Shown one piece after another: positions 21,778 through 29,578 of a DNA stretch of 56,658 nt. The DNA comes from Dehalococcoides sp. JdFR-56. GTDB lineage: Bacteria; Chloroflexota; Dehalococcoidia; Dehalococcoidales; RBG-16-60-22. Each line of letters opens with the position of its first letter. Position 1 is the first letter of the stretch. The notes under the pieces were generated by a model. The model saw only the letters and a program-made list of their open reading frames with translations, was not told the DNA's origin and did not search any database. A program made the translations under genes and the position numbers. The DNA is taken from contig MTNR01000001.1 in the NCBI GenBank assembly GCA_002011495.1, positions 1 to 56,658 of the forward strand, given 5' to 3'.

Positions 21778-21851
21778 ACCGCCTGAGGGAAAATACGGGA
21801 CGCTTGGCATTTTCCCGGGGAGATGTTTTCAGCCCCTGCGGCGCCAGCCGG

Positions 21852-23309
21852 TCATGGCGTGGCCAGTGGCGGCACCATGCCGTGGTGGAAGAGCCAGGCT
21901 ATGCCCCAGCCGATGGGTATGATGATGACGACGAGGATCAGGCCATAGGCGAGTGCCAGCCTCCCCATCCCCTCCTTGGCTAACTCGCGGAAGTTGGTGA
22001 CTAGCCCGATGCTGGTGAAGGTCAGCATGAAGAAGAGGTGGCGCATCGCCCCCTCCACGGGCTTCAGCCCCCACTCCAGGCTCTGCGGGGAGATCACGCC
22101 GGAGAGCCCGAGGCCCATGACGACAAACCAGGCGATGAAATAGCCGATAACAAACTTGGGAAACCTCCACCAGATCTCCATCTTTTCCACCTTCTCGCCC
22201 GGCCTCTTCTCCACGTGGTAGACCCATATCACCGCCAGCAGAAACGCCCATATGCCGATGAACATATCGATCCAGATTTTGGTCATTATCGCCGCGGAGA
22301 GAATCCACCCCGCCTCCCAGAACACCCCCATGCCGGCGGCCCGGTTCCTCATGAGCTCATCGGTTATGGCTCCGGCGGCGGCATCCGCGCCATCGGTCTT
22401 CACGGTGAGGCCAAGGCTGGCCCCGGCGGCTATGGGTTCGTTGAACCACGGGCTGTAGGTCAGTACCGAAGGCAGAATGAGAAGCTCAAAGACGGCGAAG
22501 ACCACCACCAGGGCCGATATCATAATGGGCACGATGGCCCTCGCCCTGATGGCGCTGCCAGTGGCTATCGCCGCCGAGACTCCGCAGATGGAGATGCCTG
22601 AAGCCAGCGTCGCCGCCCATTCCCGGGTCAGCTTGAAGACTTTGCGGCAGAAGGTGTAGGCCAGTGGCCAGAAGATGAGGTAGGCGGCGATGGTGGCCGA
22701 GGCTCCCGCCACCAATAGCTCCATGGTAAACCCGGTCGCCTCTATGGCCTTCAAGCCCAGCTTGGTGCCCAGGGCGACGATGGCGATCTTGATGAACCAC
22801 TCCGGCCTCGCCGCCGTCTTGAGAAATTCCCGGAATCTCTTGGGAGCCAGGTTCCCTATAATCAGGCCCACCAGCAGCGCCACAATATAATGGGCCCCGC
22901 CTATGGACAAGCTCCAGCCGATGCCATACTTTTCCCGGTCAACCGCGGTCCCCTGGACATAGGCATTCCGGGAGAGGATGTAGAGCACGGCGGTAAGCCA
23001 GAAGATCACCGTCCAGGCCAGAAAATACCTGCGGACGTCCCACCTCATTATCCTGGCGCCCAAGCAGGTGACCACGGAGAAAATGAGATAAGAGAGGATG
23101 AGGGATGCCCACCCGCTCACTAGCTCGGGATGCGCAGCTCGGAGGGCCTTACCTATGTCTACCCACTTGGGGAAGGCCACCGCCCAGCCGGTGAGGTCAA
23201 ACCCAGCTACGGCGCCGATAAGGCCAATGGCCACAAGGAAAAGGCCGATCCACAGCGCCCACCAGTCTTCGCTGCTGCGTGCTCCTTTAAACCATTTGGC
23301 AAGGCTCAT
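21852..23309 (-). CDS. YeiH / putative sulfate exporter (PSE) family transporter
   Basis: SEDWWALWIG, RPEWFIKIAIV, GISICGVSAAIA, WRFPKFVIG; many TM segments; GAGGAG SD before ATG 23309. Confidence 0.85.
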   Translation of the reverse strand: MSLAKWFKGARSSEDWWALWIGLFLVAIGLIGAVAGFDLTGWAVAFPKWVDIGKALRAAHPELVSGWASLILSYLIFSVVTCLGARIMRWDVRRYFLAWTVIFWLTAVLYILSRNAYVQGTAVDREKYGIGWSLSIGGAHYIVALLVGLIIGNLAPKRFREFLKTAARPEWFIKIAIVALGTKLGLKAIEATGFTMELLVAGASATIAAYLIFWPLAYTFCRKVFKLTREWAATLASGISICGVSAAIATGSAIRARAIVPIMISALVVVFAVFELLILPSVLTYSPWFNEPIAAGASLGLTVKTDGADAAAGAITDELMRNRAAGMGVFWEAGWILSAAIMTKIWIDMFIGIWAFLLAVIWVYHVEKRPGEKVEKMEIWWRFPKFVIGYFIAWFVVMGLGLSGVISPQSLEWGLKPVEGAMRHLFFMLTFTSIGLVTNFRELAKEGMGRLALAYGLILVVIIIPIGWGIAWLFHHGMVPPLATP

Positions 23310-23330
23310 CTCTCTCCTCACTACGAGGGA

Positions 23331-23474
23331 TTAGAGTATGAAGATGTTCACCAAGGCCCCCAAGATCACCAGCGCGATTAAGCCGGCGATAATCGACCAC
23401 CTGACCAGGCCTGCCTCCCACCCCTCCCAGGGTTCCGCTTCTGCACTGACTTCGTTTTTCTTCTCCTCTGCCAT
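23331..23474 (-). CDS. Small single-TM membrane protein (47 aa), probable partner of the YeiH transporter
   Basis: Hand-translated MAEEKKNEVSAEAEPWEGWEAGLVRWSIIAGLIALVILGALVNIFIL*; strong GAGGAGG SD; absent from the ORF track. Confidence 0.75.
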   Translation of the reverse strand: MAEEKKNEVSAEAEPWEGWEAGLVRWSIIAGLIALVILGALVNIFIL

Positions 23475-23511
23475 TAAAGCTCCTCCTCTTTCAGGGCGGC
23501 TACTGCCAAAA

Positions 23512-23739
23512 CTACTCTCTGGTCACCGTGAGGATAAACCGGCTCTCGCCCTCCTGCTTGAAGTCCGGCTTCATGCCCCTTCCTTTTAGCTCCTGCACCA
23601 CGCTTTTCACCGATTCCATATCGCCCAGTATTATTCTCACCGTGTCCCCAGCGGCAAGATTATTTATCGCCTCGGTCGCCCTCAGCTTGGATAGGGGGCA
23701 GATGAGATCGGATACATCACATTCGTAGCTCGCGCTCAT
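23512..23739 (-). CDS. TusA-family sulfurtransferase / sulfur carrier
   Basis: 75 aa with DVSDLICPLSKLRA (CP motif) and a TusA-like C-terminus; 4-nt overlap with the cysteine synthase stop. Confidence 0.82.
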   Translation of the reverse strand: MSASYECDVSDLICPLSKLRATEAINNLAAGDTVRIILGDMESVKSVVQELKGRGMKPDFKQEGESRFILTVTRE

Positions 23740-24752
23740 TTTCTGTCCTCAAACCGGCTTTCTTCCGCTTTTCCCTCCAGGTAGTCACGGTAGAAGCTGG
23801 TGTATTTAAAGGCATCATCCGGCGAGATGACCACGGCCAGGCCCTGGTGCGAGCGGGCGTAATTCAGGGCGGCATGGAGTATGGCCCCCGTGGTGGGGCC
23901 AGCGGGAATGCCCTCGCGCCTGGCCAGCTCAACCGCGGTCTGGTAGGCCTCCTCGTCAGACACTTCCACGGTGTCATCGATCACCGAGCTATCCAGAATC
24001 TTGGGTATGTACTCCGGAGCTAGTCCCTTAAGCCTCTTCATCCCCGGTAGTCTATGCTCAGATGCGGCGGGCTCCACACCAATCACCTTTATCTCTGGAT
24101 TCTGCTCCTTGAGGTATCTTCCCGCCCCAACGATGGTGCCACAGGTGCCCAGGCCGGCAAAGAAGTAGCTTATTTCGCCATGTGTCTGTCTCCATATCTC
24201 CGGCCCCGTGGTGCAGTAGTGCGCCTGGACGTTGAGCTCGTTTTCGTACTGGTTCGGGCTGACATACTTATCTCTGGTGGCCGGGCTCCTTACCAGGGCG
24301 TCAACCAGCCCCCTGGCTCCCTCGGAGGGGAAGCGGGGGCAGAGGGAATCATCAGCCTCCCACACCTTTTTGGCGCCGAGGAACCTCAGCATCACCTTCT
24401 TCTCCTCGGGTATCCGCTGAGGAACGGCCACCTCCACCGCCAGCCCCCAGGCGTTGGCCAGGCAAACTAGGGCGATGCCGGTGTTGCCTGAAGATGGTTC
24501 CACCACCGTTCTCTCGCCCACCTCAAGCTCTTTCAGCATCTGGTAAGCGATCCTGTCTTTCACCGAACCAAAGGGATTGTATCTCTCCAGTTTGAGGTAA
24601 ATCTGAAAATCCCGGCTCTCGGTTATCCGGTTCAGCCTCACCAGCGGCGTCGGGTTCTCCGGACCAGCCACAAGCTCGGTTATGTCAGCGTAAACCCGGA
24701 GCACATGGTCCGGCTTCTTCCCCACATGCTCCTTCTCTATTCTAGCTTCCAT
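23736..24752 (-). CDS. PLP-dependent cysteine synthase family protein (CysK/CysM-like)
   Basis: KLERYNPFGSVKDR (PLP Lys), EPSSGNTG, NQYENELN..AHY..TGPEIW, GLGTCGT. Confidence 0.9.
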   Translation of the reverse strand: MEARIEKEHVGKKPDHVLRVYADITELVAGPENPTPLVRLNRITESRDFQIYLKLERYNPFGSVKDRIAYQMLKELEVGERTVVEPSSGNTGIALVCLANAWGLAVEVAVPQRIPEEKKVMLRFLGAKKVWEADDSLCPRFPSEGARGLVDALVRSPATRDKYVSPNQYENELNVQAHYCTTGPEIWRQTHGEISYFFAGLGTCGTIVGAGRYLKEQNPEIKVIGVEPAASEHRLPGMKRLKGLAPEYIPKILDSSVIDDTVEVSDEEAYQTAVELARREGIPAGPTTGAILHAALNYARSHQGLAVVISPDDAFKYTSFYRDYLEGKAEESRFEDRK

Positions 24753-24788
24753 ACTCCTTGGTGCTCCCTTCGCCCTGGTGAGCTTCCA

Positions 24789-25745
24789 TCAGGGATAAAG
24801 GTTACCCCCAATCCAGTATCTTCTTCTCTCCTCTGGCCTCTCAATAACCTCCAGGTTGAGGGGTTTGACCACCTCTTCCAGATATTTCTTCAGACCGAGG
24901 CGCCCAATGGTGGCCCCGATCCTCTCTCTACCTTCAGCATTCGCCTGGTACCAGGCAAGGGTCTTCTCAATGAGAGGGAAACATTCCTCGTCCGAGACGA
25001 ACTTGGCTACCTCATAGGAGAGGAGGGGATGCTTGCCGTGCTTACCCCCTACTCTAGCCAGCCAGCCCTTCCTCGCCTCCACCATGGCCTCCACCGGGCA
25101 GACCTTGATGCAATCCCCGCAATAGATGCACTTGCTGTCATCCCTCATCGGCAGCTCATTTACCATGGTGAGCGCTTTCTCCTCACAGTTGGCGGCGCAG
25201 AGCCCACAGCCATTGCACAGCTCCTCCATTAGCCTAGGCTCCACCATTCCCTGAAAGCCTAGGTCTGCGTCCCTCGCTCCAGGGCAATCAATGGGACAGC
25301 CGGCGAAGGTTATCTTGAACTTATGATGCCCGGTGGCGGTGCCAAAAAAGCGCTTGTCCACCTCAAGACACATGGTCTGAGAGTCGGTGAGGCCATTGGG
25401 GTTATAGGTGCACCCGGCACAAGCGGTGGGCACCCTGACCCGAGGGCCACAGGAGGCGACCGCCCAATCCACCTGCTTCAGCTCGGCGGTAACCGCCTCA
25501 AAATGCTGGTAGTGCACGTAAGGGATCTCAATTGACTGGCGAACTGAGGTGTGAACCTCCCCGCGCCCGTATTTCTCAGCAATCTCGGCGGCTTTGCGCA
25601 GCTGCCGCGAGCTCAGCTTTCCCGCGGGACAGCGAAGCCTCACGGTGAAAAGGTTCTCCTGGGTCTGCTTGATGAAGCCCCCGCTTTTCAGCTCAGCAAG
25701 GTCCACCTTCAGCTGCCGAGCTTCCCGTCTAAGCCTGGCGTCCAT
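24789..25745 (-). CDS. Nitrite/sulfite reductase-like Fe-S protein with an inserted 2x[4Fe-4S] ferredoxin domain (AsrC/Dsr-LP-like)
   Basis: FTVRLR..AG, HTSVRQ, RVPTACAGCTYN, HKFKITFAGCPIDC, CNGCGLC...C and CIYCGDCIKVCP, GRERIG. Confidence 0.8.
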   Translation of the reverse strand: MDARLRREARQLKVDLAELKSGGFIKQTQENLFTVRLRCPAGKLSSRQLRKAAEIAEKYGRGEVHTSVRQSIEIPYVHYQHFEAVTAELKQVDWAVASCGPRVRVPTACAGCTYNPNGLTDSQTMCLEVDKRFFGTATGHHKFKITFAGCPIDCPGARDADLGFQGMVEPRLMEELCNGCGLCAANCEEKALTMVNELPMRDDSKCIYCGDCIKVCPVEAMVEARKGWLARVGGKHGKHPLLSYEVAKFVSDEECFPLIEKTLAWYQANAEGRERIGATIGRLGLKKYLEEVVKPLNLEVIERPEERRRYWIGGNLYP

Positions 25746-25800
25746 TTCTCCCCCTTATTTTCTTGAAATTAACAGTAAGCCTACCCGAACCGGTCTAAAT

Positions 25801-26244
25801 TTATATGTAGTACATGACGGCCTCGGCCTGCTCCTTCTGTTTCTGCCTCTCCATCAGGTCGCGAAGGGTGATACCATCCAAGACCCCGCTTATCATCGCC
25901 CCCAGCTCGCTCCACACCTCACGCGTGGCGCAGGATGGGGAGCGCCCACATACCTCTGGATTATCGATGCACTCCATAAGAGCCGATGAGCCCTCAATGA
26001 GCTGCATCACCTCGCTCAGCTTGATTTCCTCGGGAGGCCGGGCCAGCGAGATGCCACCCTTGGTGCCTCGGGCGCTGCGCACTATCCTTCCCGCCAAGAG
26101 CGGCCGGATGAGCTGCTCAAGATAGCGCAGCGGGATCTGCTGCCGCTGCGCTATCTCCCGCAACAAAGTCCGCTCCTCACCGCCATAAAGGGCGAGGTCC
26201 AAGAGCGCCCTGGTGACATACTCTAGCTTGGTGGAAAGTTTCAT
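25801..26244 (-). CDS. Rrf2-family transcriptional regulator (IscR/CymR-like, three Cys)
   Basis: MKLSTK..Y..RAL, YLEQL, SARGTKGG, CIDNPEVCGRSPSCATREVW, MYYI C-terminus. Confidence 0.92.
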   Translation of the reverse strand: MKLSTKLEYVTRALLDLALYGGEERTLLREIAQRQQIPLRYLEQLIRPLLAGRIVRSARGTKGGISLARPPEEIKLSEVMQLIEGSSALMECIDNPEVCGRSPSCATREVWSELGAMISGVLDGITLRDLMERQKQKEQAEAVMYYI

Positions 26245-26249
26245 CTCGG

Positions 26250-26318
26250 GCTATTGTGGACTAAGTTGATAAAGATACTGTACAATTCCATTCTAGGCGG
26301 TCAGCGGCGGGTTGTCAA
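26250..26318 (-). promoter_or_regulatory. sigma70 promoter of the rrf2-sulfur operon with a candidate Rrf2 operator just downstream
   Basis: Minus strand TTGACA(26318-26313)-17 nt-TAGAAT(26295-26290). The downstream TATTGTGGACTAAGTTGATAAAGATA loosely resembles IscR-type sites; the operator call is tentative. Confidence 0.7.
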
Positions 26319-26402
26319 TAACCTTAAGGCACCACTTTGAGGGGGAATATTGCTAGGCGTGCTGGGGAGCGGGAAAAGGTAGCTACTTAAAGACCGGCTG
26401 GC

Positions 26403-26978
26403 TTAATCGGCGCAGTCCAGGATGAACCCGGTCTCGTCACAGCAGAAATACTTGGGACAGCGGATGCATTCGCCCCACACCTTGGAGGGGAGCTCCTCCT
26501 TCCGCTTGGGTTTAAAACCAAGCTTCTCAAAAATCCCTCCCATTGTGGAGAAGGCGAACACCTTCTTGATCCCGACCTTGCGGCCCTCTCCCACCAAATA
26601 TCGGACGATCTGCGATGCCAAGCCACGGTGCTGAAACTGGGGATGGGTGGCCAGCGAACGAATCTCAGCGATATCCTCCCAGAGCACGTGAAGGCTTCCG
26701 CAGGCCACAATCCTTGGCGGCGCCCTCCCCACATCCGCCTCCACCACCACAAAATCCCTTATGTTCTCATAGAGGTATTCTGGCCCCCTCGGCAGCATCA
26801 GGTTGGAGCTGGCGTAACTATTGACCAGCGCCAGAATCTCCTCCACATCGGAAACGCGGGCCCGCCTTAAAGTCAAGCCACCCGAGTGAAGTCCCTTCAA
26901 GTCCTCCTCCCCAAAACCAGCCTCCAGCTGGTATCTTCGCTCTGCATACTTGTGGTGCAAGCAAACATCCTCCGGCAA
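26403..26978 (-). CDS. GNAT N-acetyltransferase, short-ArgA (amino-acid acetyltransferase)-like
   Basis: LRRARVSDV, MLPR...LYENIRDF, WEDIAEIRSLA, LPSKVWGECIRCPK...CDE. N-terminal extension; start uncertain (TTG). Confidence 0.8.
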   Translation of the reverse strand: MPEDVCLHHKYAERRYQLEAGFGEEDLKGLHSGGLTLRRARVSDVEEILALVNSYASSNLMLPRGPEYLYENIRDFVVVEADVGRAPPRIVACGSLHVLWEDIAEIRSLATHPQFQHRGLASQIVRYLVGEGRKVGIKKVFAFSTMGGIFEKLGFKPKRKEELPSKVWGECIRCPKYFCCDETGFILDCAD

Positions 26979-27043
26979 AACCCAGACCGATTTAAAAAGG
27001 TGCCTAAATCGTCAGCGATGGCACCGGGTCTTGATAATGCTAT

Positions 27044-27072
27044 ACAATAATGTAATACAATGGTATTGTCAA
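27044..27072 (-). promoter_or_regulatory. Candidate promoter for the GNAT gene with a TGTAATACA palindrome in the spacer
   Basis: Minus strand TTGACA-17 nt-TATTGT; TGTA-A-TACA at 27051-27059. Confidence 0.5.
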
Positions 27073-27123
27073 ATAACCTATATTTTGTCCTATTTTCTCC
27101 CTAGTTCTAGGAAGGAGTGCACC

Positions 27124-27897
27124 GTGAAGGATGAGATAGAAGGCGTCATCTTTGATCTGGACGGGGTGCTTGAGTTCCAGGGGAAAGCCTATCCTGGAGC
27201 CATCGAGCTCCTCAATCTACTACGCAGCCGAGGGATTCCCATCCGGGTCCTCTCCAACAGCACCCTAAAAAGCAGGCGCTCATGTGCCGAGAAGCTGAAG
27301 AGCAAGGGCTTCAACATCCAGGAGCATGAGGTGGTCACCGCTTCCTTCGCCACGGCTCGATATCTGGAGACCCTTAATCCCAGGTCTTGTTGGGTGATGC
27401 TCAAGAGGGAGGGGCTGGAGGAATTTAGCGGTTTTCGGCATGATCCGGATGACCCCGAATATATCGTTCTCGGGGATTTTCGCGAGGACTTCAATTTTCA
27501 GAACTTAAACAAAGCGCTCCGGCTCCTGTGCAAGGGCGCCAAACTGATCGTCATGATCACAGAAACCGTGGACAGCAGCCTGGGGGAGATGGAGCTGACG
27601 GTGGGGGCATACGGGAAAATGCTCGAGGATGCCGCCGGCATCAAGGCCACCTACATCGGCAAGCCGAACCGTTATATCTTCGATATCACCCTGGATACCA
27701 TGGGGAACATCGAGAGAAGCCGAATCCTCATGGTGGGAGATAGGCTGGCCACCGACATCCTGGGGGCAAAGAACGCTGGCCTCAAGACAGCGCTGGTAAA
27801 GACCGGAGAGTTCCGGGAAAGCGACCTGGAGTCCCCGGTCGCCCTCCCGGACTATATCTTTGACTCGGTCGGCGAGGTCGCCAAACTCTTTCGCTGA
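27124..27897 (+). CDS. HAD-IIA (NagD-like) hydrolase
   Basis: FDLDGV, LSNST, IGKPN, MVGDRLATDILGA, VKTG; GTG start after AAGGAG. Confidence 0.9.
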   Translation: MKDEIEGVIFDLDGVLEFQGKAYPGAIELLNLLRSRGIPIRVLSNSTLKSRRSCAEKLKSKGFNIQEHEVVTASFATARYLETLNPRSCWVMLKREGLEEFSGFRHDPDDPEYIVLGDFREDFNFQNLNKALRLLCKGAKLIVMITETVDSSLGEMELTVGAYGKMLEDAAGIKATYIGKPNRYIFDITLDTMGNIERSRILMVGDRLATDILGAKNAGLKTALVKTGEFRESDLESPVALPDYIFDSVGEVAKLFR

Positions 27898-27936
27898 TAA
27901 ACCCGGGCTCAAGGCCGCGGTGCTGCGCACTACCCT

Positions 27937-28938
27937 CTACTGACCTAGCGTTGCCACCATCACCGCCTTGATGGAGTGACAGCGGTTCTCCGCCTGGTCA
28001 AAGACGATTGATGCCTCCGATTCAAAAACATCCTCGGTGACTTCCATGCTCTCCAGGCCGAACTTCTGATAGACCTGCTCGCCGATGGTCGTCTCCCGAT
28101 TGTGGAAGGCGGGCAGGCAGTGCATAAACTTCACCTCAGGGTTACCGGTCATCTCCAGCACCTTTTGGTTCACCTGATACGGCTTAAGTAATTCGATTCT
28201 CTCCTTCCAGACGTCCTCCCCCTCACCCATGGATACCCAGACATCCGTGTAAAGAAAATCGCAATCCTTCACCCCCTCCGCCACGTTGTCCGTTATCTTG
28301 ATGCGGGCGCCGGTTTGCCTGGCGATCTCCTCCGCCTTCTGCACCAGCTCCCGCTGTGGCTGCAAGCTCTTGGGCGCCACGGAGCGGAAATCCATGCCCA
28401 TCTTGGCCATGCCGATAAGCAAGGAGTTACCCATGTTGAACCGCGCGTCTCCCAGATAGGCAACCTTCACCTCGCTCAATGGCTTGGGGGTATGCTCCAT
28501 TATGGTAAAAATGTCAGCAAGCACCTGGGTAGGGTGGAACTCGTTGGTAAGACCATTCCAAACAGGGACATTGGAATACTCGGCAAGGGCCTCCACGATC
28601 TCCTGGCCAAAGCCGCGGTAGCCAATCCCATCATACATCCTGCCCAGCACGCGGGCGGTATCCTTCATAGACTCCTTCTTCCCCAGCTGGGAAGCTGATG
28701 GGTCAAGGTAGGTTACCTTCGCTCCCTGGTCATAGGCGGCGGTTTCAAAAGCACACCTGGTTCTGGTGGAGGGCTTCTCAAAAACCAAGACAATGTTTTT
28801 ACCTACCATTCTCGGCTGCTCAGTGCCGGCATACTTCGCCCGCTTGAGCTCTGCAGTGAGGTCAAGCAAAAAGCGTATCTCCCCGGGGGAGAAGTCCAGC
28901 AGCTTCAAAAAGCTTCTGTTTCTGAGATTATAAGCCAT
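27937..28938 (-). CDS. arcB: Ornithine carbamoyltransferase (ArcB/ArgF, probably catabolic)
   Basis: [18 protein letters not shown] (SMG ornithine loop, unlike putrescine transcarbamylase), HCLP; clustered with carbamate kinase. Confidence 0.93.
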   Translation of the reverse strand: MAYNLRNRSFLKLLDFSPGEIRFLLDLTAELKRAKYAGTEQPRMVGKNIVLVFEKPSTRTRCAFETAAYDQGAKVTYLDPSASQLGKKESMKDTARVLGRMYDGIGYRGFGQEIVEALAEYSNVPVWNGLTNEFHPTQVLADIFTIMEHTPKPLSEVKVAYLGDARFNMGNSLLIGMAKMGMDFRSVAPKSLQPQRELVQKAEEIARQTGARIKITDNVAEGVKDCDFLYTDVWVSMGEGEDVWKERIELLKPYQVNQKVLEMTGNPEVKFMHCLPAFHNRETTIGEQVYQKFGLESMEVTEDVFESEASIVFDQAENRCHSIKAVMVATLGQ

Positions 28939-29047
28939 CTTGCACCTCCTGATTTTTTAGTTTTGATTTGCTTTTTCCAGCCGAAAATCAAGACAGCGAT
29001 TTTTACTTCAGCCCCTCGCCTGGGCATTTCCGGGAAATTAAAGCTTT

Positions 29048-29077
29048 ATTATCGCCACAAGCCAAAGCAAATGTCAA
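29048..29077 (-). promoter_or_regulatory. Candidate sigma70 promoter for the OTC gene
   Basis: Minus strand TTGACA-18 nt-GATAAT. Confidence 0.55.
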
Positions 29078-29184
29078 GCGGTCTAAACCCCTAAATTCCC
29101 AAAATTGGGCAGATATCAACCAGATTAGTCCCCAAATCTCGCAATTTCAAGCTAATTTTTCACAAAAATGGGGTTTTTACCCTC

Positions 29185-29214
29185 TTGACAAAGGCCAAAA
29201 GTGCATTTTAAAAT
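29185..29214 (+). promoter_or_regulatory. Candidate sigma70 promoter for the arcE-amidinotransferase-SSS-arcC operon
   Basis: TTGACA-18 nt-TAAAAT, about 360 nt upstream of the first ATG. Confidence 0.6.
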
Positions 29215-29578
29215 GGGTTGCCGTATTTTTTTTTCAAGGGTGGAGACAGGGTGGGGGTTTTTGATTTGTTTTTAAATTCAAAAATGGTGGGCGTGAAGCC
29301 GATTAGTCGGCTAGGGCCACGCTAAAGGGCAAAGATGCTGCCACCGGAAAGAATAGTGAAAAACAGCGATAACGACCCAAGACCGTGGAAAGGGATGGCC
29401 AAGATCAGGTCACCAAACGATATAGATGCGGATGTCTCCCATCTTGTCATCTTGTAACCTAAATTTAACCGGCTCGACATATTCAGGAAACAATTATTGT
29501 TTAAACTGAAGAGGTTCTAATATTGAACCCCAGTTTAAGCAACAAAGCGCCAAAACAAAAGCAGAGGGATAAGCAGGT

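Noticed and set aside
27937-28938. Putrescine carbamoyltransferase of an agmatine deiminase pathway
   Set aside because: It has the ornithine-specific DVWVSMG loop, and there is no agmatine deiminase in the window.
29291-29460. Guanidine-I (ykkC) riboswitch suggested by CGGCTAGGG
   Set aside because: The following GTTCCG and the 3' AAAAGCCCGGGAG-type elements are missing, and no paired ACGR-loop hairpins of guanidine-II are visible.
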